From: Selaginella moellendorffii
Lineage: Eukaryota > Plantae > Lycopodiophyta
Direction of reading: 5' to 3'
NCBI RefSeq assembly: GCF_000143415.4
Contig: NW_003314287.1
Span: 828,203-892,202 of the forward strand
Length of the DNA stretch: 64,000 nt
The notes under the pieces were generated by a model, which was given only the letters and a program-made list of their open reading frames with translations, was not told the DNA's origin and searched no databases. The translations under genes were made by a program, and so were the position numbers. Position 1 is the stretch's first letter. Every line of letters starts with the position of its first letter. Positions 11,391-26,235 of this stretch are shown piece after piece.

Positions 11391-13403
11391 AATTAAATCT
11401 TGATTGGTGGGTCTACCCGGACGGACTTGGTGGTCGGCTGGGCCCTGTTGACCATGTCTAGGAGCATGGTTAGAGAGAACTAGGCTGGAGGTGGCGTTCC
11501 ATGCCTTTGTGGAGAATCTCCTAGCAAACTCACTAATGTCAGCTCAGTGGACTTTAACCCATCTTCTCTCACATTTGTAACAACATTGTTTTGTCAAAGA
11601 AAACTTTGGCAATGAGTATGGGGTTTAAGCAAACTAGAAGATTTAAAATGTAAATTTAATTTAAAAAGTTTCGCTGAATATTAAGCACATGGTTGGGAAG
11701 AGTTAGTCCCCAAATTTTAAAAGTGCCAATATTATCAATTTTTATATAGTTTTCAAGGTTCAAAAATATTCTCATTCTTTAAAAAAGGTCATTTGAATAT
11801 TCAAAGAATCAGTGCATATTGCAAGTGTGAAAGCCTAGAATATATAAATCTAAATATTTGTATTAGCCCAAAACTTAAGTTTATCTATAAGAGTGATTAG
11901 TCCAAATTGAATCCAATTTCCACTATATAATAATAATATATAGCATGATAGTTATTTATCCCCTCCTCTTAGAAGGATGGAAAACAATTATAATTCTCTG
12001 ATCAATAGGTTAAGATCCAAAGGAACATTAGGAGGCATTGATGGACCTATAAGTGGTGCAATTTATTTTTAATTCCTCTATATGAAATGTTTCAACTATT
12101 GTATATACATAAATTCTAGAGGATTAACTTATTGAATGTTATGCTGAATATCATAAACTTATGACACAACTTACTACAACATTTGATATGATCCCTTCCA
12201 CTAGATAAGGAGATTTTTAAACAAATCATATACCATAAAATTAGAAAAACAAATTAACACCAAATCATTCACTTTATACTCTTTATATAGATATGTGAGA
12301 CATAAATCCCTAAGCTCCAAAATGGAACTAAAAGTATGCCATATAGTAGTGGTCTTTAAACTCTTTTAGACTCTTAGTTAATGGCACTTGCTCTCCTCAA
12401 CAATGTTCAAGAGACTCTTTTAGACTCCTACCAAAAGTTTCAACTCAAAAAGTCAAGACGAGTGGAACTCCCAACAAAGTGCTTGAGGAATGAGCACAAA
12501 CAATCAATAAATGAGTTTCTAAAAAGGGACATAAAAAGGATTGACATATAGCAAATTTCATGACATGTGAAAGTGCCAAGATTGAGTTTAATAAAAAGTC
12601 CAAGATGGATATGAGATAGAAGACCGAATACAAGACCAAATCTAAATCCAAGTTCAGGTCCAAGTTTGAGTTTGAGACTAAGTCCGAATACTAATACAAG
12701 TCGTTGGGGGGAGGGGATGTAAGGCATTCCAAAAGCATAGTAGGGAGAGTGTAGGGGTTGGACTTTAATAAAACCAATTTGGTCACAAAAGGCTAATGTG
12801 ACTTAAGAAGGTTACACCCATATGGTGGGTGATGATATAATTATTAAGGAGTCTAATGCTAGAGTGAATATAGATGAATAAATGAGGTAACTTAGTAAAG
12901 TGTTTAAAAATCAACTCTAGTTTCCCTAGGAGATTGAATAGTTGATACTCCCAATCCAAGTGTGGGAAGTGTTTATTAAAGAAAGAAATTTTTGCAAAGA
13001 GTTGTGTATAAGCGACTAAATTTTCTATTCTACTTTAGTCACTTAACCACACTTCCAACCATTTGGAGGAATTTCACTCATAACCTCTATAAGTTCTATT
13101 CCAGACTTGGGGCTTGCTATCCCTGAGAATGTCATTTATGCCACTCAACCTTTGCACTTAGTCCAAGTGCTCCATATGTCACCCAAAGGTACCACTAACA
13201 TAGCAACCCGTTACACTAAAGCCATACTCATTCACCTTTGTCACACTGGTGATTCAACAGTACCTACATCACAATCCTGTCTCTCAAAGACTAGATTATC
13301 CATCCATGAGTGATTATCCTAGATATACTTTTTAGCATCTCTAGGATGCCTGTAGACATGGGGGATAAACTTCCCCAATATCCCTTTTTCAATCCCTACC
13401 AAG

Positions 13404-13691
13404 ATGCTTTATTTCGTTAAAGTGGGACTTTTCATTATCCCACTTATGGTGTGTGGCCACATGCCATTTTTATAACAACAATAAAAAATTAAAGTTTTAA
13501 CTTTATAATTTATAAATTAAAAATTTTTCATATGATTTTGTGTTATAATATTGTGAAATATAAAAAAATAAATTAAAAAACTGATAGAAATATTAATAAA
13601 TATTAATTAAGTACTAGGAAATGGCATGTGGACACATGCTAATTAATGTCCCACTTTACTGAATAAGTCCCACTTTAACGAAATAAAGCAT
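13404..13691. mobile_element. 288-bp MITE, non-autonomous member of the 46155-58461 transposon family
   Basis: 27-bp perfect TIR ATGCTTTATTTCGTTAAAGTGGGACTT and TSD CAAG. It interrupts an LTR whose uninterrupted copy reads CCCTACTAAGTCCC at 20101. Subterminal sequences match both ends of the large element. Confidence 0.9.
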
Positions 13692-14889
13692 CAAGTCCCT
13701 TTCTGTTCACGGCCATTCACCAACACTACCATTAAGTCAAGGCCCATAGGCCCGACCACTAAGTCCCATTGTCCTCTAAAACTTCCTCACCATATAATTG
13801 TATCCTTGATTATTACACTAAAAAATTACTCTTCTTCCTTTCCATAGTCTAAAACTTTGGGACAATATTTTGGAACACCATGGCCCTATATAAGCCTCAT
13901 GGGTACTTTCCCCACCTTTCACATTTGGGTGCTCTAGCCATGGGGCTAGAGCAAGGTTTTATTAAGCTATATTAAGTATTCAAGTAAGTAGTGCCACCCA
14001 TGCTTGGATTGGGAGCATCAACCATTTGATCTCCCAAAGGAGCTAGAGCTGGCTCTTGAACACTTCACCAAATTACTTTGTTTGTCTATTTTTATTCATT
14101 CTAACTTTGGACTTCTTAATGGATATATCATCACCTAACATATGAGCATAACCTTCTTAGGTCACATTGGCCTTTTCTGGCCAAACTGGCTCCACTAAGG
14201 TTTAACCCTTACACTCTCCCTACTATACTTTTGGAACCCCTTGTAGCCCCCCCTTCCCTAGGGACGATCGCTTTAGGCTTTCACCAAATAGCCTATATTA
14301 GTATTTGAACTCGGACTCAAACTTGGATTCGGACTTGGACTAGATCTTGGTCTCGGTCTTTGTCCTTGTCTCAGTCTCAATTCCATCTCAGACTCCATCT
14401 CGGGTCTATATTAGACTTTCATCTTGGGTCCATCTCGACACTTCTATATATCATGTGTTGATCCTTTTATGTCCCTTTTCTAGAGACTCACTTATTTCTC
14501 ACTTTGAGTTCGTTCCTTGAGCCCTTCATTGGGATTCCACTCTTGCTCTTAACTTTTCAAGTTAGAGCTTTTAGTCCAAATGTGTTACACTCATTTAGCT
14601 TTTGCTTCAGCTACTACCATGTGGCACCCTTACAACTCCACTTTGGGGCTTAGGGATTTGTGTCTCACAACTCCACCACCCATAGACGAAGTTCAATATC
14701 TTCATTGAATGATAAACCATTTTATAAAATAACCCTATCATGGATTACCACTTTTCATCCTTAGCACCTAACCAATATTTGTCAATGTTTTGACATTAAA
14801 AGCTTACTTAAAAGCAACTTTGTGACCCACTTATAGGTCCTTCCTTGGAAACTATTTTTTTGAACTCATAATACTATTATATTGTTGCA

Positions 14890-14970
14890 ATATAAACTCT
14901 TGAGTTTGGACTTCTTGAGAGGTTACCCAACCCAGTATTATTTAAACCCAAAGACGCTTAACTTCAAACT
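14890..14970 (-). mobile_element. Degenerate Cassandra LTR fragment
   Basis: GAGTTTGGACTTCTTGAGAGGTTACCCAACCCAGTATTATTTAAACCCAAAGACGCTTAAC matches the 43850 LTR. Confidence 0.65.
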
Positions 14971-17900
14971 AAATTTTCTATTCTACTTTAGTCACTTACA
15001 CGTAGTTCATTTCCCTTAAGTGTCCTTTCCACTTAGTCATCTTAACCAAGCCACACCATTATCAATAGTTTAAATCAACACTTTGAACTAAGAATTTTAT
15101 TCCTTAACCTCACAAGGACTTCATTTTTGCTTAGCCATAAGATCATCTAGTGATTTAACCTTCACACCTTAACAAGTTTGCCAATAAATACTATATCTTC
15201 TAGACCTTTAAATTGTTGACCATGACCTTGAGGGCATCCCCCCACACTTGGAAGTGCACCCAAGCTAGCCCTTCTAGCCAAAAGTCCACAACAATTGAAG
15301 ATTAGATGTCTTTATTTCATTCACCATGTCTTTGGTGCCACTTGCACCAAAGTGTTTAAGTTAGATATGCCGAACTTTTATATTAAAAAGTTTAACTATG
15401 CATTATGACTCTAGGGCATCCCCCACTTGGCAGTGTGCCCAAGCTAGTCTCCTTACTCAGAGTCCATGATCACCAAAAAATGAGTGTCCAAACCATTACC
15501 ACGCCCTAGTTAGTTGGGACTCGAACCCAAGCACTAACGAGTTGGGACTCAAACCCAACCTCCACATATGCATATATAGGCGGCATTGCCTAGGATGCTT
15601 GGCATGACTCCCCATGCTAGTGCACCAATTTATACTTAAAATGTGCTATGGATCACATATGAGGAACTTAGTTCCTCTGAACTGCAAAGTCCTCTCAATT
15701 GATAAGTTTGGATTTTATATGAACTCCTCCATGCTTGGCCCTATAAACCACCCCTTTTTTAAGTCAACACCTTTAACTAGGGTCTTTGTTCCCCTCTTGA
15801 TTTGCTAATCTTTCTTAGCAAGTCACCCGACTAGCATAACATGATTTCATGCATAAGTATGAAAATCTTTAGCCATTGATTTTCATTCAAAACCATTTCT
15901 TTGAACAATTAGGGATTACTTCCTCAACCTTGATAGCATTGCCTTATGGCAAGCTTCAAGACCATGCTTTTGCTGTGTTACTCTAATTTTGTGCATTTTA
16001 TAAACCATTTACACTTAGCTTTTCAAGTACTAATTTACCTAAAATTGTCTTTAGGAACCTTGAAGGGACTCTATCCCTTATCTTGCTAAAGCCTCTCCTT
16101 TCGCAAGTTTTTTTACTATTATATAGTCTAACATGGACAATTCCATACTTTAGACTCTTCATAACATCACAGTTACTAATAGTAACACGTTTAAACACCC
16201 ACTTGATTCTCCACTCCTAACTTGCATAACCACTCTTGATTATGCCCTTTGATTTTTATATTTCAATTCTATCCCTTTACTACTTGTTTTTTGGCCTTAT
16301 GCCTTCCCTTTAATTATTCTCCTCTTATCTAAGAAGGTGGTTTTGCACTTTCTACCATGCCTTAACAAGTATTCTTAGGGATGAACTTACTCAATAGCTT
16401 AAAGAGTGGTTATTCACTCTAGATATACTCACTATGTCTAATAGGGTTTCTCATATTTATCCTCTTAAAAACTATAGAGGTTTGGTTTCAATATGCTCGA
16501 AACCGGAAAAGAGCATATGGGGGGGTGGTGGTGACGAAGGGGGGATCCCTAGAACTAGAGTTCGGTTTTGTGCAGATTAGATCAAGGAACTAGAGTCTAG
16601 TTTTGTGCAGCCTAGATCAAGGAGGGGACCACTCGCTTGGCACCATTACAATTGCTTGTTTGAATATGCAAAGGACACTGTTCTCCGACACACACCAGGT
16701 CCTTCAAACTATGTGGCAGCACTTCCCTACCTTTTGATTGCACACCTAGTTTCAATTGGCAATGGAACAACTCTTGACGGCACACTAAAGTCCCAGTTTG
16801 TACAATACAACTGTGGTGGCTAATTCCTTTCTTGCCTTAGTTGTGGATTCACCATGATCAAGGCACTCGAAGCACTGCCACTTAAATGTATGGGATGTTT
16901 CAAGGGGCATAGCTTGTGTTAGAAGATGCATCAGGCTAGCTTGTTGGAGTGTGGAAATGTAACCTCAATCCGGATCCGAAAGGAGCAGCTCGCCTTTGGC
17001 CGTGATTCCAGATGGATAGTTCCAAGTGTACAGCTATATTGGTATGAGGCCGTGGGACTAGCGTGGCAGCATTACACTTGCACAGCCTAATGGGAGGCTG
17101 GAAACAGCAATCCCAGTTGGAGGGGATTAGTCACACAGTAGCAAGCAGAGGACTTCTAGGCAGCACCAGCATCACCATTACCAGAGATTGCACATTCCTC
17201 CTCAATTCACCGCACTGTGGAATTCAAGATAGTACATCTCTAGGGGCTTTTTATATCTCTGAGAAACTGTAAGCACCATACAGATGGAGATCAAGCAAGG
17301 GCGATGTACCTCCATTAATCTCACGATCGACTCAAGTCCTTCACATTGGTAAACGCAATCACATGGGAGAGATGAGGCTAGGGACCATGGATAAGGCGCA
17401 AAGTTCACTACTAGTACAGATAGGGAGCACGCATTTGTGGAGTGAGTGGCATGAGGTGGAGCTTGGCTCTCCGGACCCCAAAACTCTAGACCCTAAGTGA
17501 ATGAAGAAGGAGAGGACTCTGCCGATGAAGTTCTGTGCAGCTAGTGTCCTTGGAAGAAGTTCCAACAACAGTGGACTCCAAAGCCCCAAACTTGAATCGT
17601 GTTCTGAAATTTGGACGTTTGGATCTCGCTCATGAAAAATTGGATTGTCACAAAGTTTTGCTACTGTGTGCTCCTTTGGAGGATCTATCTTCCCACCATT
17701 GCGATCAGCAAAAAGGTACTTGGTTCAGCTGCCATTGCAATCCCTAGGTTGTCCATAACTCTAGCCGTCGCTAGAGATAGGGTTGCCTTGATCTCACGAG
17801 CTCATAGTGACTAAAAGAGTACTCTTGACGCTTTCTAGCTCATGGAATATGCAAATCCATTGAAACCAAGGCATAACTTACTTTTAGCATTGTGCTTATT

Positions 17901-20900
17901 GCTCTCCTAGTCTTACTCCTACTCTAGATCAAGCACGAAAGTCAAATCTCAAGGCCCTCTTCTCACTAAACTTAGGCTTCTCTCCTCTAGTTTGACTTTC
18001 CTCTTTTTTTTTATATACTCATCGTGTAATCCCATACATTGGGGTTAATGTTGCTATGCATTATGCCCATTACTAACCATGTTAAAATCCTTCTTTGGCT
18101 TTGTTCAATTTAAATATACAGACTTCTCTTGTCTCTGCAACTTTGGATGTTAGATAACATCTTTTATTCATTATTCATTAGGGATTTAATCCTTTGGGCT
18201 TTATCTAATGCCCTCATTATTCCAAACACCACTCCCTGGTATTTTAGAGTGTTTTAGTGTCCCAATGATGACCTTCTTTGACAATGAGCATTTCACTTTA
18301 TGACATTGATTTATTATATCTCAATATAAACAATTCATCCCCCAGAAGGATACATTTAACCTCTTTATCCCAATAAAAAGTCTTAAATAGTTAACTTCTA
18401 CCAATCTAATCAATTATTTTGCACCTTTTATTTAGTTTCCTCATAGTTGTTAAGTCCTACAACTCATTACCGATGCTTCCACACTTCCATCATTATTTAG
18501 GTCACCACACTCTAACTGCGTGTCTTTTAGCTTAGGCTATGCCATTTTTATTTTCATTGGGATTCCTTTGGCAAGGGTTCTCATAAACCTGCTAACTTGA
18601 CCTCAAAGCATCACACCTTGGCACATTTGGTGTCTCCACACTATCGGTTATACAAGCTTACCTTTACGATACTCCCACTTTTGTTTAAGTCTTTGCCAAG
18701 ATTAAAGTAGTGGTCTTTTATACCAACTATTAGTTAACATTTCATTATAGTGTTCACACACAACTTTGTGCTAAAGTTGTTTTTTTCTAGGAATACCTTT
18801 CCCACGACTTTAGTATGACACATTTTGCTATCAATGAGATATCTATTGTTCTCATACTTGGATCCTATGATCCTCCCTATCCTTCGTAGGGCACAACACA
18901 ACTCAATCCAAATGCTTCTATCAATCTTTTAAGACCATTCCTTGACTCTACTTGAGTCATTTAACTTTTTAGACTTCGCTAATCTGATGACATGTGAGGT
19001 CTTACTTTTTAAGATGCCAACTCATTGAAATACAATTTCTTGTATTCATGTCTTACTCATAAAGACCATCTTTGCAAATGTTACTATGATATTTGATTAT
19101 TTTTTATTTTATATGGGCTACTTTTGCCCCTTATGACTATCTATTCATATGATGAGAATACTAATTCATCCTCTAAGTACACCCCCAACTCCTTGGGTTA
19201 TTTTAGCATTTATAAAAAATAGCTCTAACTACCATTTCAAAAACTCATGTCCTCATCCTTATTTGACCTCCCATGGTCATTAATTTTGGTATCAAATTCA
19301 TAAGCACTAGCTTCAACTATATGAGGATAATTTTATGACTCCTTTATTATTTTGGAGTTTTTATCTTTCCCATGATCCTCACTATAGTTTTTTACCATAA
19401 CTATATTAGCCAGTTCACTAAATCAAATGCTCATCTAAATCATATCCTCAACTAAAACCTTATACTGTTCCTAAGATCCTAAAGTCATTCCCTTATTAAC
19501 CTTTTTCTATTCATCACATTGCCTATAAGTTCACATTTAAACTAAAGTGGAGTGAACTGTAATAGAGAGTTATGTCCTCCCGACCTACTACTCCTTATGG
19601 ATAAGCCCAATTCTAGGACCTTCCAATGCTAACGTAAGTGGTGATATACTTGAGCATCAATAAAAGTCAAACTAAGGAACAGTTCTGATACAAAATTGTA
19701 AGCAACTAAGTTTTCCATTCTACTTTAGTCACTTAACCACACCTTTGACCATTTGGAGGAGTCTCATTCATAACCTTCATAAGTTCTATTTCGGACTTAG
19801 GGCTTACTAGCCCTGAGAATGGCATCTATACCACTCAACTTTTGCACTCAGTCCAAGTACTCCAGATGTTTGATCCCATGACCGACACTCAAAGGTACCA
19901 CCAATATATCAACCATTTACATTAAAGCCATGCCCATTCACCATTGTCACACTGGTGATCTAACATCATCTACATCACAGTCCCGTCTCTCAAAGATTAA
20001 GCCATTTGTCTATGAGTAATCATTCTAGATCCACTCCTTAGCATCTCTAGGATGCCCCCAGACATGGGGGATAGCCTTCCCCAATATCCCTTTTTTCAGT
20101 CCCTACTAAGTCCCTTTTTGTCCATAGTCGTGTTCACCAACACTGCCATTGGGTCAAGGCCCACAGGCTTGACCACTAAGTCCCAATGTCCTCTAGGACT
20201 TCCTCACCATGTGACCATATCCTTGATCATTACACCAAAAGACTACTCTTTCTTTCCACAATCTGGGACTTTGGGATAATATTTCGAAACACCGCATTCT
20301 TATGCAAGCTTCATAGGTACTCTCCCCACCTTTCGCCTTTGGGTGCTCTAGCTATGGGGCTAGAGCGAGGTTCTGTTGAGCCACGCCAGGTATCCAAGTA
20401 GGTAATGCCACCCACACTTGGATTGGGAGCATCAACAATTCAATCTCCTAGGGGAGCTAAAGTTGGCTCTTGAACACTTCACTAAGCCACCTCGCTTGTT
20501 TGTCCATATTCACTCAAACTTTAGACTTCTTAGCATATTCACTCAAGCTTTAGACTTCTTTGTATCATCACCTAACATAACACATGGGCATAACCTTCTT
20601 GGGTCACACTAGCCTTTCCTAGCCAAATTAACTCCACTAGGGTCCAACTGCCACACTCTCCCTACTATACTTTTGGAACCCCTTGCACCCCCCCCCCCCG
20701 GGGGACAATTGCTCTGGGCTTTGACCCAACAATTTGTATTAGTATTCGGACTCGGACTTGGATTCAATCTTGGTTCCATCTCAGACTCTATCTCAAGTCC
20801 ATTTTGGACTCTATCTTGGGTCCATTTTGGACTCCATCTCAAGTCCATCTTAGACTCCATCTCGGGTCCATCTTGGACTCCATCTTGGGTCCACATCTTG

Positions 20901-23900
20901 GGTCCATTTCGGACTCCATCTTGAGTCTATCTCGAGCATTATCTTGGACTTCATCTCGGGTCCAACTCAGACTCCATCTTAAATCCATTTTAGACTCTAT
21001 CTTGAACTCCATCTCAAACTCTATGTCAGGTCCATCTCAGTTCCATCTCAGATCCATCTTGACACTTCCACATGTCATGTGCTAGTCCTTTTATGTCCCT
21101 TTTCTAAAGATTCATTTATTGTTCACTTCGAGCTCGTTCCTCAAGCCCTTCGTTGGGAGTTCCACTCTTGCTTTGAACTTTTCAATTAGGAGTTTTTAGT
21201 CCAAATATATTACACTTGTTTGGCTTTTGCTTCAGCCACTACCACGTGACCCTTTCGGCTCCACTTTGGGGCTTAGAGATTTGTGTCTCATATTATGTAT
21301 GAATACTATAGTGCAGTGCTAACCAATAGTTGGCATAAGAAACGACTAGTATGGTCTTGGCAAAAACTTAGACATAAGTGGGATGTGTTATGAGGATAAA
21401 TTCATCAAGCCGATGGTGTAGAGATACCAAATGTCTCAAGGGATGATACCATAAGGACAAGTTGGCTGGTTCATAAGAACCTCTTGCCAAAAGAACCCCA
21501 ATGGAAACAAGATTGATATATCCTATGCTAGTAGGCATGGGATTCATATGCTTATACCGAATATGGATGGAGGTGTGGAAGCATTGGCAATGAGTTATAA
21601 AACATGATAACTATAAAGCAACTAAGAAAAAGGTTATAGTGAGAGCTACTTTCTAATACTTTTTATTGAGATGAGAAGAAGGTCAATTATGTCTCTTAAG
21701 GGATAATATGCTTATGTTGAGATATAGTGTCATAATAGGAAATGTTCATTACTTAGAAAGTCTATCATTGTAAAATATAAGCACTTTAAAACACTAAAGA
21801 GGTGGTGTTTAGGTAATATAAGGGTATTAGATAAGGCCCAAGGGATTAAATCTCTAAAGAATAATGGATAGAAAATGCTATCTAATGTCTAAAGTTGATA
21901 AAAGTTAGAGACGGGTAAGTTTGACTATCCAAACTGGATAAAGCCAAAAGGATTTTGATATGGCTAGTAATAGGCATACTGAGACCCATAAGTAATAATG
22001 TTAATCATGCTGTGTGGGATTACAAAATGAGTATATCTAGATTGAGGAACCACTCTCTAAACCATTGAGTAAATTTATCCCTTAGAATAATTGCTAATGC
22101 ATGGTGGAAAGTGCAAAATTACCCTTATAACATGGAAGAGAATAATAAAAGGGAATCTATAAAGCCAAAAATAAGTAGTAAAGGAATAAAATTAAACCAT
22201 AGGAATCGAAGGATATAGCTTAAAGTGATTACAAAAGTTAGGAGTAGAGAATTAAGTGGGTGCTCAAAAGTGCTACTACTAACAATTGTAATGCCATAGA
22301 GAAGTATAGAATTATCCATACTTCTCTAAAGTATGAAATTATCCATATTAGACTATATACCAATTAAAAAGCTTGTGAAAAAAGAATCCTTAGCAAACTA
22401 AGGGATAAAGTCCCTTCAATGTTCCCAAAGATAATTCTAGGTAGAAAAATATATGTAAATGATTCATAAAAATGCGCAAAATTAAAATGGTACAACAGAA
22501 GTGTGGTCTTAAAACCTGCCATAAGGTAATGCTATCAAAGTTGGGGAAATAGTTCTTATGCGTTCAAAAAGATGGCTTTGAATGAAAGTAGATGTTTAAG
22601 GACTTTCACTCTTATGCCAAAGACCATATTACACTGGTTAGATGACTTGCTAAGTGGGATTAATAAGTTGGAGGAACAAAAATCCTAGTTGAAAATATTG
22701 ACTTTAATAAGATGGTCCATAGGGCCAAGCATGGAGGATTCCATGTGTGATTATATGCTATTTAATTAGCTTGTTAAGTGAAAGGACTTGGAAGCTCAGA
22801 GGAACTAAGTTCCTAAACTATGATCCAAAATATATATTGGATATAAGTTGGTGCACTAACGTGGGGAGTCACATTAGGGATCTTAAGTGATGTTGTTTGT
22901 AAATGCATATACAAAAGTTGGGTTTGAGTTTTAGCTTTCAATTTGAATCTCAACCTACTAGGGCATAGTGATGGTTTAGAATATGAGGACACTTAGTTTT
23001 CTTATAGTTATAGACTCCCAATAAGAAGTCTAGCTTGGGGACACTACCAAACAAGGAATGCCCTAGAATCGTGATACATGGTTAGTGTTTAGTGTGAAAG
23101 CTTAGCATATTTAATTTGAATACTCTAGTGCAAGTAGCATCGAGGACGTGGTGAATAAGATGGGGATACCGAATTTCGATTGCTATAGACCCTTGGCCAA
23201 GGTCTTTTCCCTTATATTTGAACTTTTACCGATTATTTCAAAATCGTTCTCTTTGGTTGCTTACAGTATTCCTCCATTGATTCAAATAGAGTTTATTAAG
23301 CACTATTATATATAACTAGATAACAATAGTATTATAACTTTATCATCATCTTATAAGTGTATATTTTTTCCATTTAGATGGAGAGGTATTTGGTGGGGAC
23401 CGAAGAAGGGATATTAGAGAAGGGTGTTCTACATGTCTCTAGGCATTATAATAATGCTAAAGGGCTAGCTTGAGCACACTACCAAGTGTGGGGGATGCCT
23501 CTGGTGTCATAGTCAGCAATTTAAAGGTTTGATAGACCTAATATGTATTAGTAGACATTTTAATAAGTAATTATAACATCACTAGGTGATCCTATGGCTA
23601 AACAATGATAAGCCCTTTGTTAGGTTAAGGAATAAATTCTTAGTTCAAAGTGTTGATTTAAATTGTTGATTTAAATTGTTGATAATGGTATAATTTGGTC
23701 AAGGTGATCAAATGGGAAAGATACCTAGGTGAAATAAGTTGTGATAATACAATGGTATTATGAGTTTAAGAAAAGTAGTATCTAAAGAAGGACTTAGAGG
23801 AGGGTTGTAAGATTGGGCTAAGAATAGAGCCTATAATAGAAAATGTTAAAAAAATTTACTAAGGGTGAACACCCCCTAAACTTAGCAAAATAGAGCCTTT

Positions 23901-25936
23901 ACTATAGAACCAAAAGGATACCTCAAAGATGGAGATAGTAATCCCATGTTATTTGGTGTAATAATTAAAGGATAGGAGCAAAAGAATAATGGTCGAAAAT
24001 GGGCCTTAAAAATTGTTGAAAGGAATCTAAATGATAAGTTAAGCAATGAATCACTAGGTGGTAGATGCTAATAGATTGTGGAAAAGGAAATATATTTCCA
24101 AGGATGGGATTCTTAAATGCTCCAATTTAGAGAATATGAAAGCTCTAAGAGATGGAGCAATAAGATAACTAAATGATAGGGCTATAGATAGCTTTAGCAC
24201 AAATTATGAATTTAATGCCTAGGGCAACATGAAATAAAAAAAGGGATAATAGTAAAGAATTTTTTAGGATAGGGAATTGGAGTTTGTATAATATGTGCAA
24301 TGAAAAGTGTTGGAGACATCTAGGAAATTGACTTGAAAAGTCAATATTAAAGTTCCAAGGTATGATAATTATGTTGATAAAGGCTAAGACTACTCTAGAA
24401 TAAGTAATAAAATTGAGATAGAGAAGGTGTCTCTAACAAGTTTAGCAAAAACTAAATGAACAAAGGGAAAGGATCACCACATGTGATCGAATGAGATTCT
24501 AAGTTGGAGAGATTATGCTCCTAAAAGGATGGGCAAGGCATGGTGAGATTTTGATGTTGAACCATTGATGAGCAATGGTGTGGTGCCAAGGATGAAGATG
24601 GTAGATGAGGTTACTTTATAAAATGGTTTATCATTCGATGAAGACAACAAACTTTATCTATGGGTGGTGGAGGTGTGAGACATAAATCCCTAAGCCCCAA
24701 AGTGGAGCCGAAAGTGTGACACATGGTAACTCAAAAAGTCAAGGGGAGTGGAACCCCCAATAAAGTGGTCGAAAATTAAGCATGAAATAATCAATAAATG
24801 AATCTCTAAAAAGGGATACATGAAGGACTAACATATAACAAGTGTCAAGATTGAGTTTGTAAAGGAGTTTGAAATGGAGTTCGAGATGGAAGATTGGGTC
24901 CAAGATCGAATTTAAGTTTGAGTCCATGTCCAAGTCTGAGTTTGAGTCTAAGACCAAGTTTAAATACTAATACAGGTCGTGAGGTGAATGTCCCCAAAGT
25001 AGGGGGGAGGGAGGGAGGATACAAGGGGTTCCAAAAGTATAGTAGAAAGAGTGTGAGGGTTGGACTCTAGTGAAACTAATTTGGCCACAAAAGGACAATA
25101 TGACCCAGAAAGGTTATAATCACATGCTAGGTGATGATATAATCATTGAGGAATCTAAGGCTAGAGTGAATACAAACAAAAAACAAAGTAGCTTGGTGAA
25201 GTGTTCAAGAGTTAGCTCTAATTCCCTCAAGAGATTGAATAATCGATACTCTCAATCCAAGTATGGGTAACACTACCTACTTGGATACCTAATATGGCTC
25301 ATCGGAACATCCCCCTAGCCATATGGCTAGGGCACCTAAGGGCAGAAGGTGGGAGAATACGCATGAGGCTTGTGTAGGGCTACGGTGTTTTGAAATATCG
25401 TAAAGTCTCAGATTGTGGAAAGGAAGAGAAGTAGTCCTCTTGCATAATGACCAATGTCAAGGTCATGTGGTGAGGAAGTCCTAGAGGTCAGTAGGACTAA
25501 GTGGTTGGGCCTTTAGGCCTTGACTCGGTGGTAGTGTTAATGAGCACTATTGCAAACAAAGTTAGTGGGTATTGAAGAAGGGATAGTAAGAAAGGGTGTT
25601 CCCCATGTCTTTGGGAATCCTAAGGGTGTTAAAGTGTGGCTAAGGGATGACCACTTATGGACAAAGGGCCTAATTCATGTCTATGGTATGGGTCTCTTGG
25701 ACTATTAATGAGATAAAGGTGAATGGATATAACTTTAGCATAACAGATTGATATATTAGTGGTACCTTTGGGTGTTTATATTAAGATCAGATATGTGGAA
25801 CACTTGGACTAAGTGCAAAGGCAAAGTGGTATAGAGGCCATTCACAAGGCTATCAAATTTCCAAGTTGGGAATAAGATTTATGAGGGTTGTGAATGAAAC
25901 TTTTCTAAGTGGTCGAAAGTGTGATTAAGTGATTAA

Positions 25937-26235
25937 GTCTTGGATCTAACTTTATTGGTTAGCTAGGGGAATCACATCACATGTTGAGATTGACATTTAA
26001 AATTTTTTTTTGCCTCCAACTAGACTTGACTTGAGGGGCAAGGTTTTAAAAGAGTGGGGCTCTCATGAGAGCTATGGCTCTCAACTTCCATTCACGAAGG
26101 CGTGAACTTGCAATGAAGTGTGATAAATTATAAATAGAGAAATAATCTATAAGGGTTCAAATATAAAGGGGATAAAAGTGCACCCTCTTTTCTAATCGGT
26201 TAAGGGTTTTGGGATATTTAGGGTTAAATGTCTTT
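25937..26235 (+). mobile_element. Degenerate Cassandra TRIM fragment (internal region plus part of an LTR)
   Basis: GGAATCACATCACATGTTGA...GGCGTGAACTTGCA...GGGTTCAAATATA...GTGCACCC...GGTTAAGGG is homologous to 35460-35880. Confidence 0.65.

Larger units (their letters stand above)
13007..21292 (-). mobile_element. Decayed full-length LTR retrotransposon (family B) nested in reverse orientation; LTRs about 13007-14669 and 19698-21292
   Basis: Two homologous ~1.4-1.6 kb LTRs. PBS-like TGTATCAGAAC next to 19698 and PPT ATGGGTGGTGGAGT next to 14670, both on the minus strand. Near-TSD TTGTG/TTATG. No intact ORFs. Confidence 0.75.
12294..25937 (+). mobile_element. Decayed LTR retrotransposon (family B): truncated 5' LTR from 12294, internal remnant about 21293-24673, PPT and 3' LTR from 24674
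   Basis: TGTGAGACATAAATCCCTAAG starts at both 12294 and 24674. PPT ATGGGTGGTGGAGG precedes 24674. Internal region is homologous to 14670-19680 and 42106-44530. Right end approximate. Confidence 0.6.
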
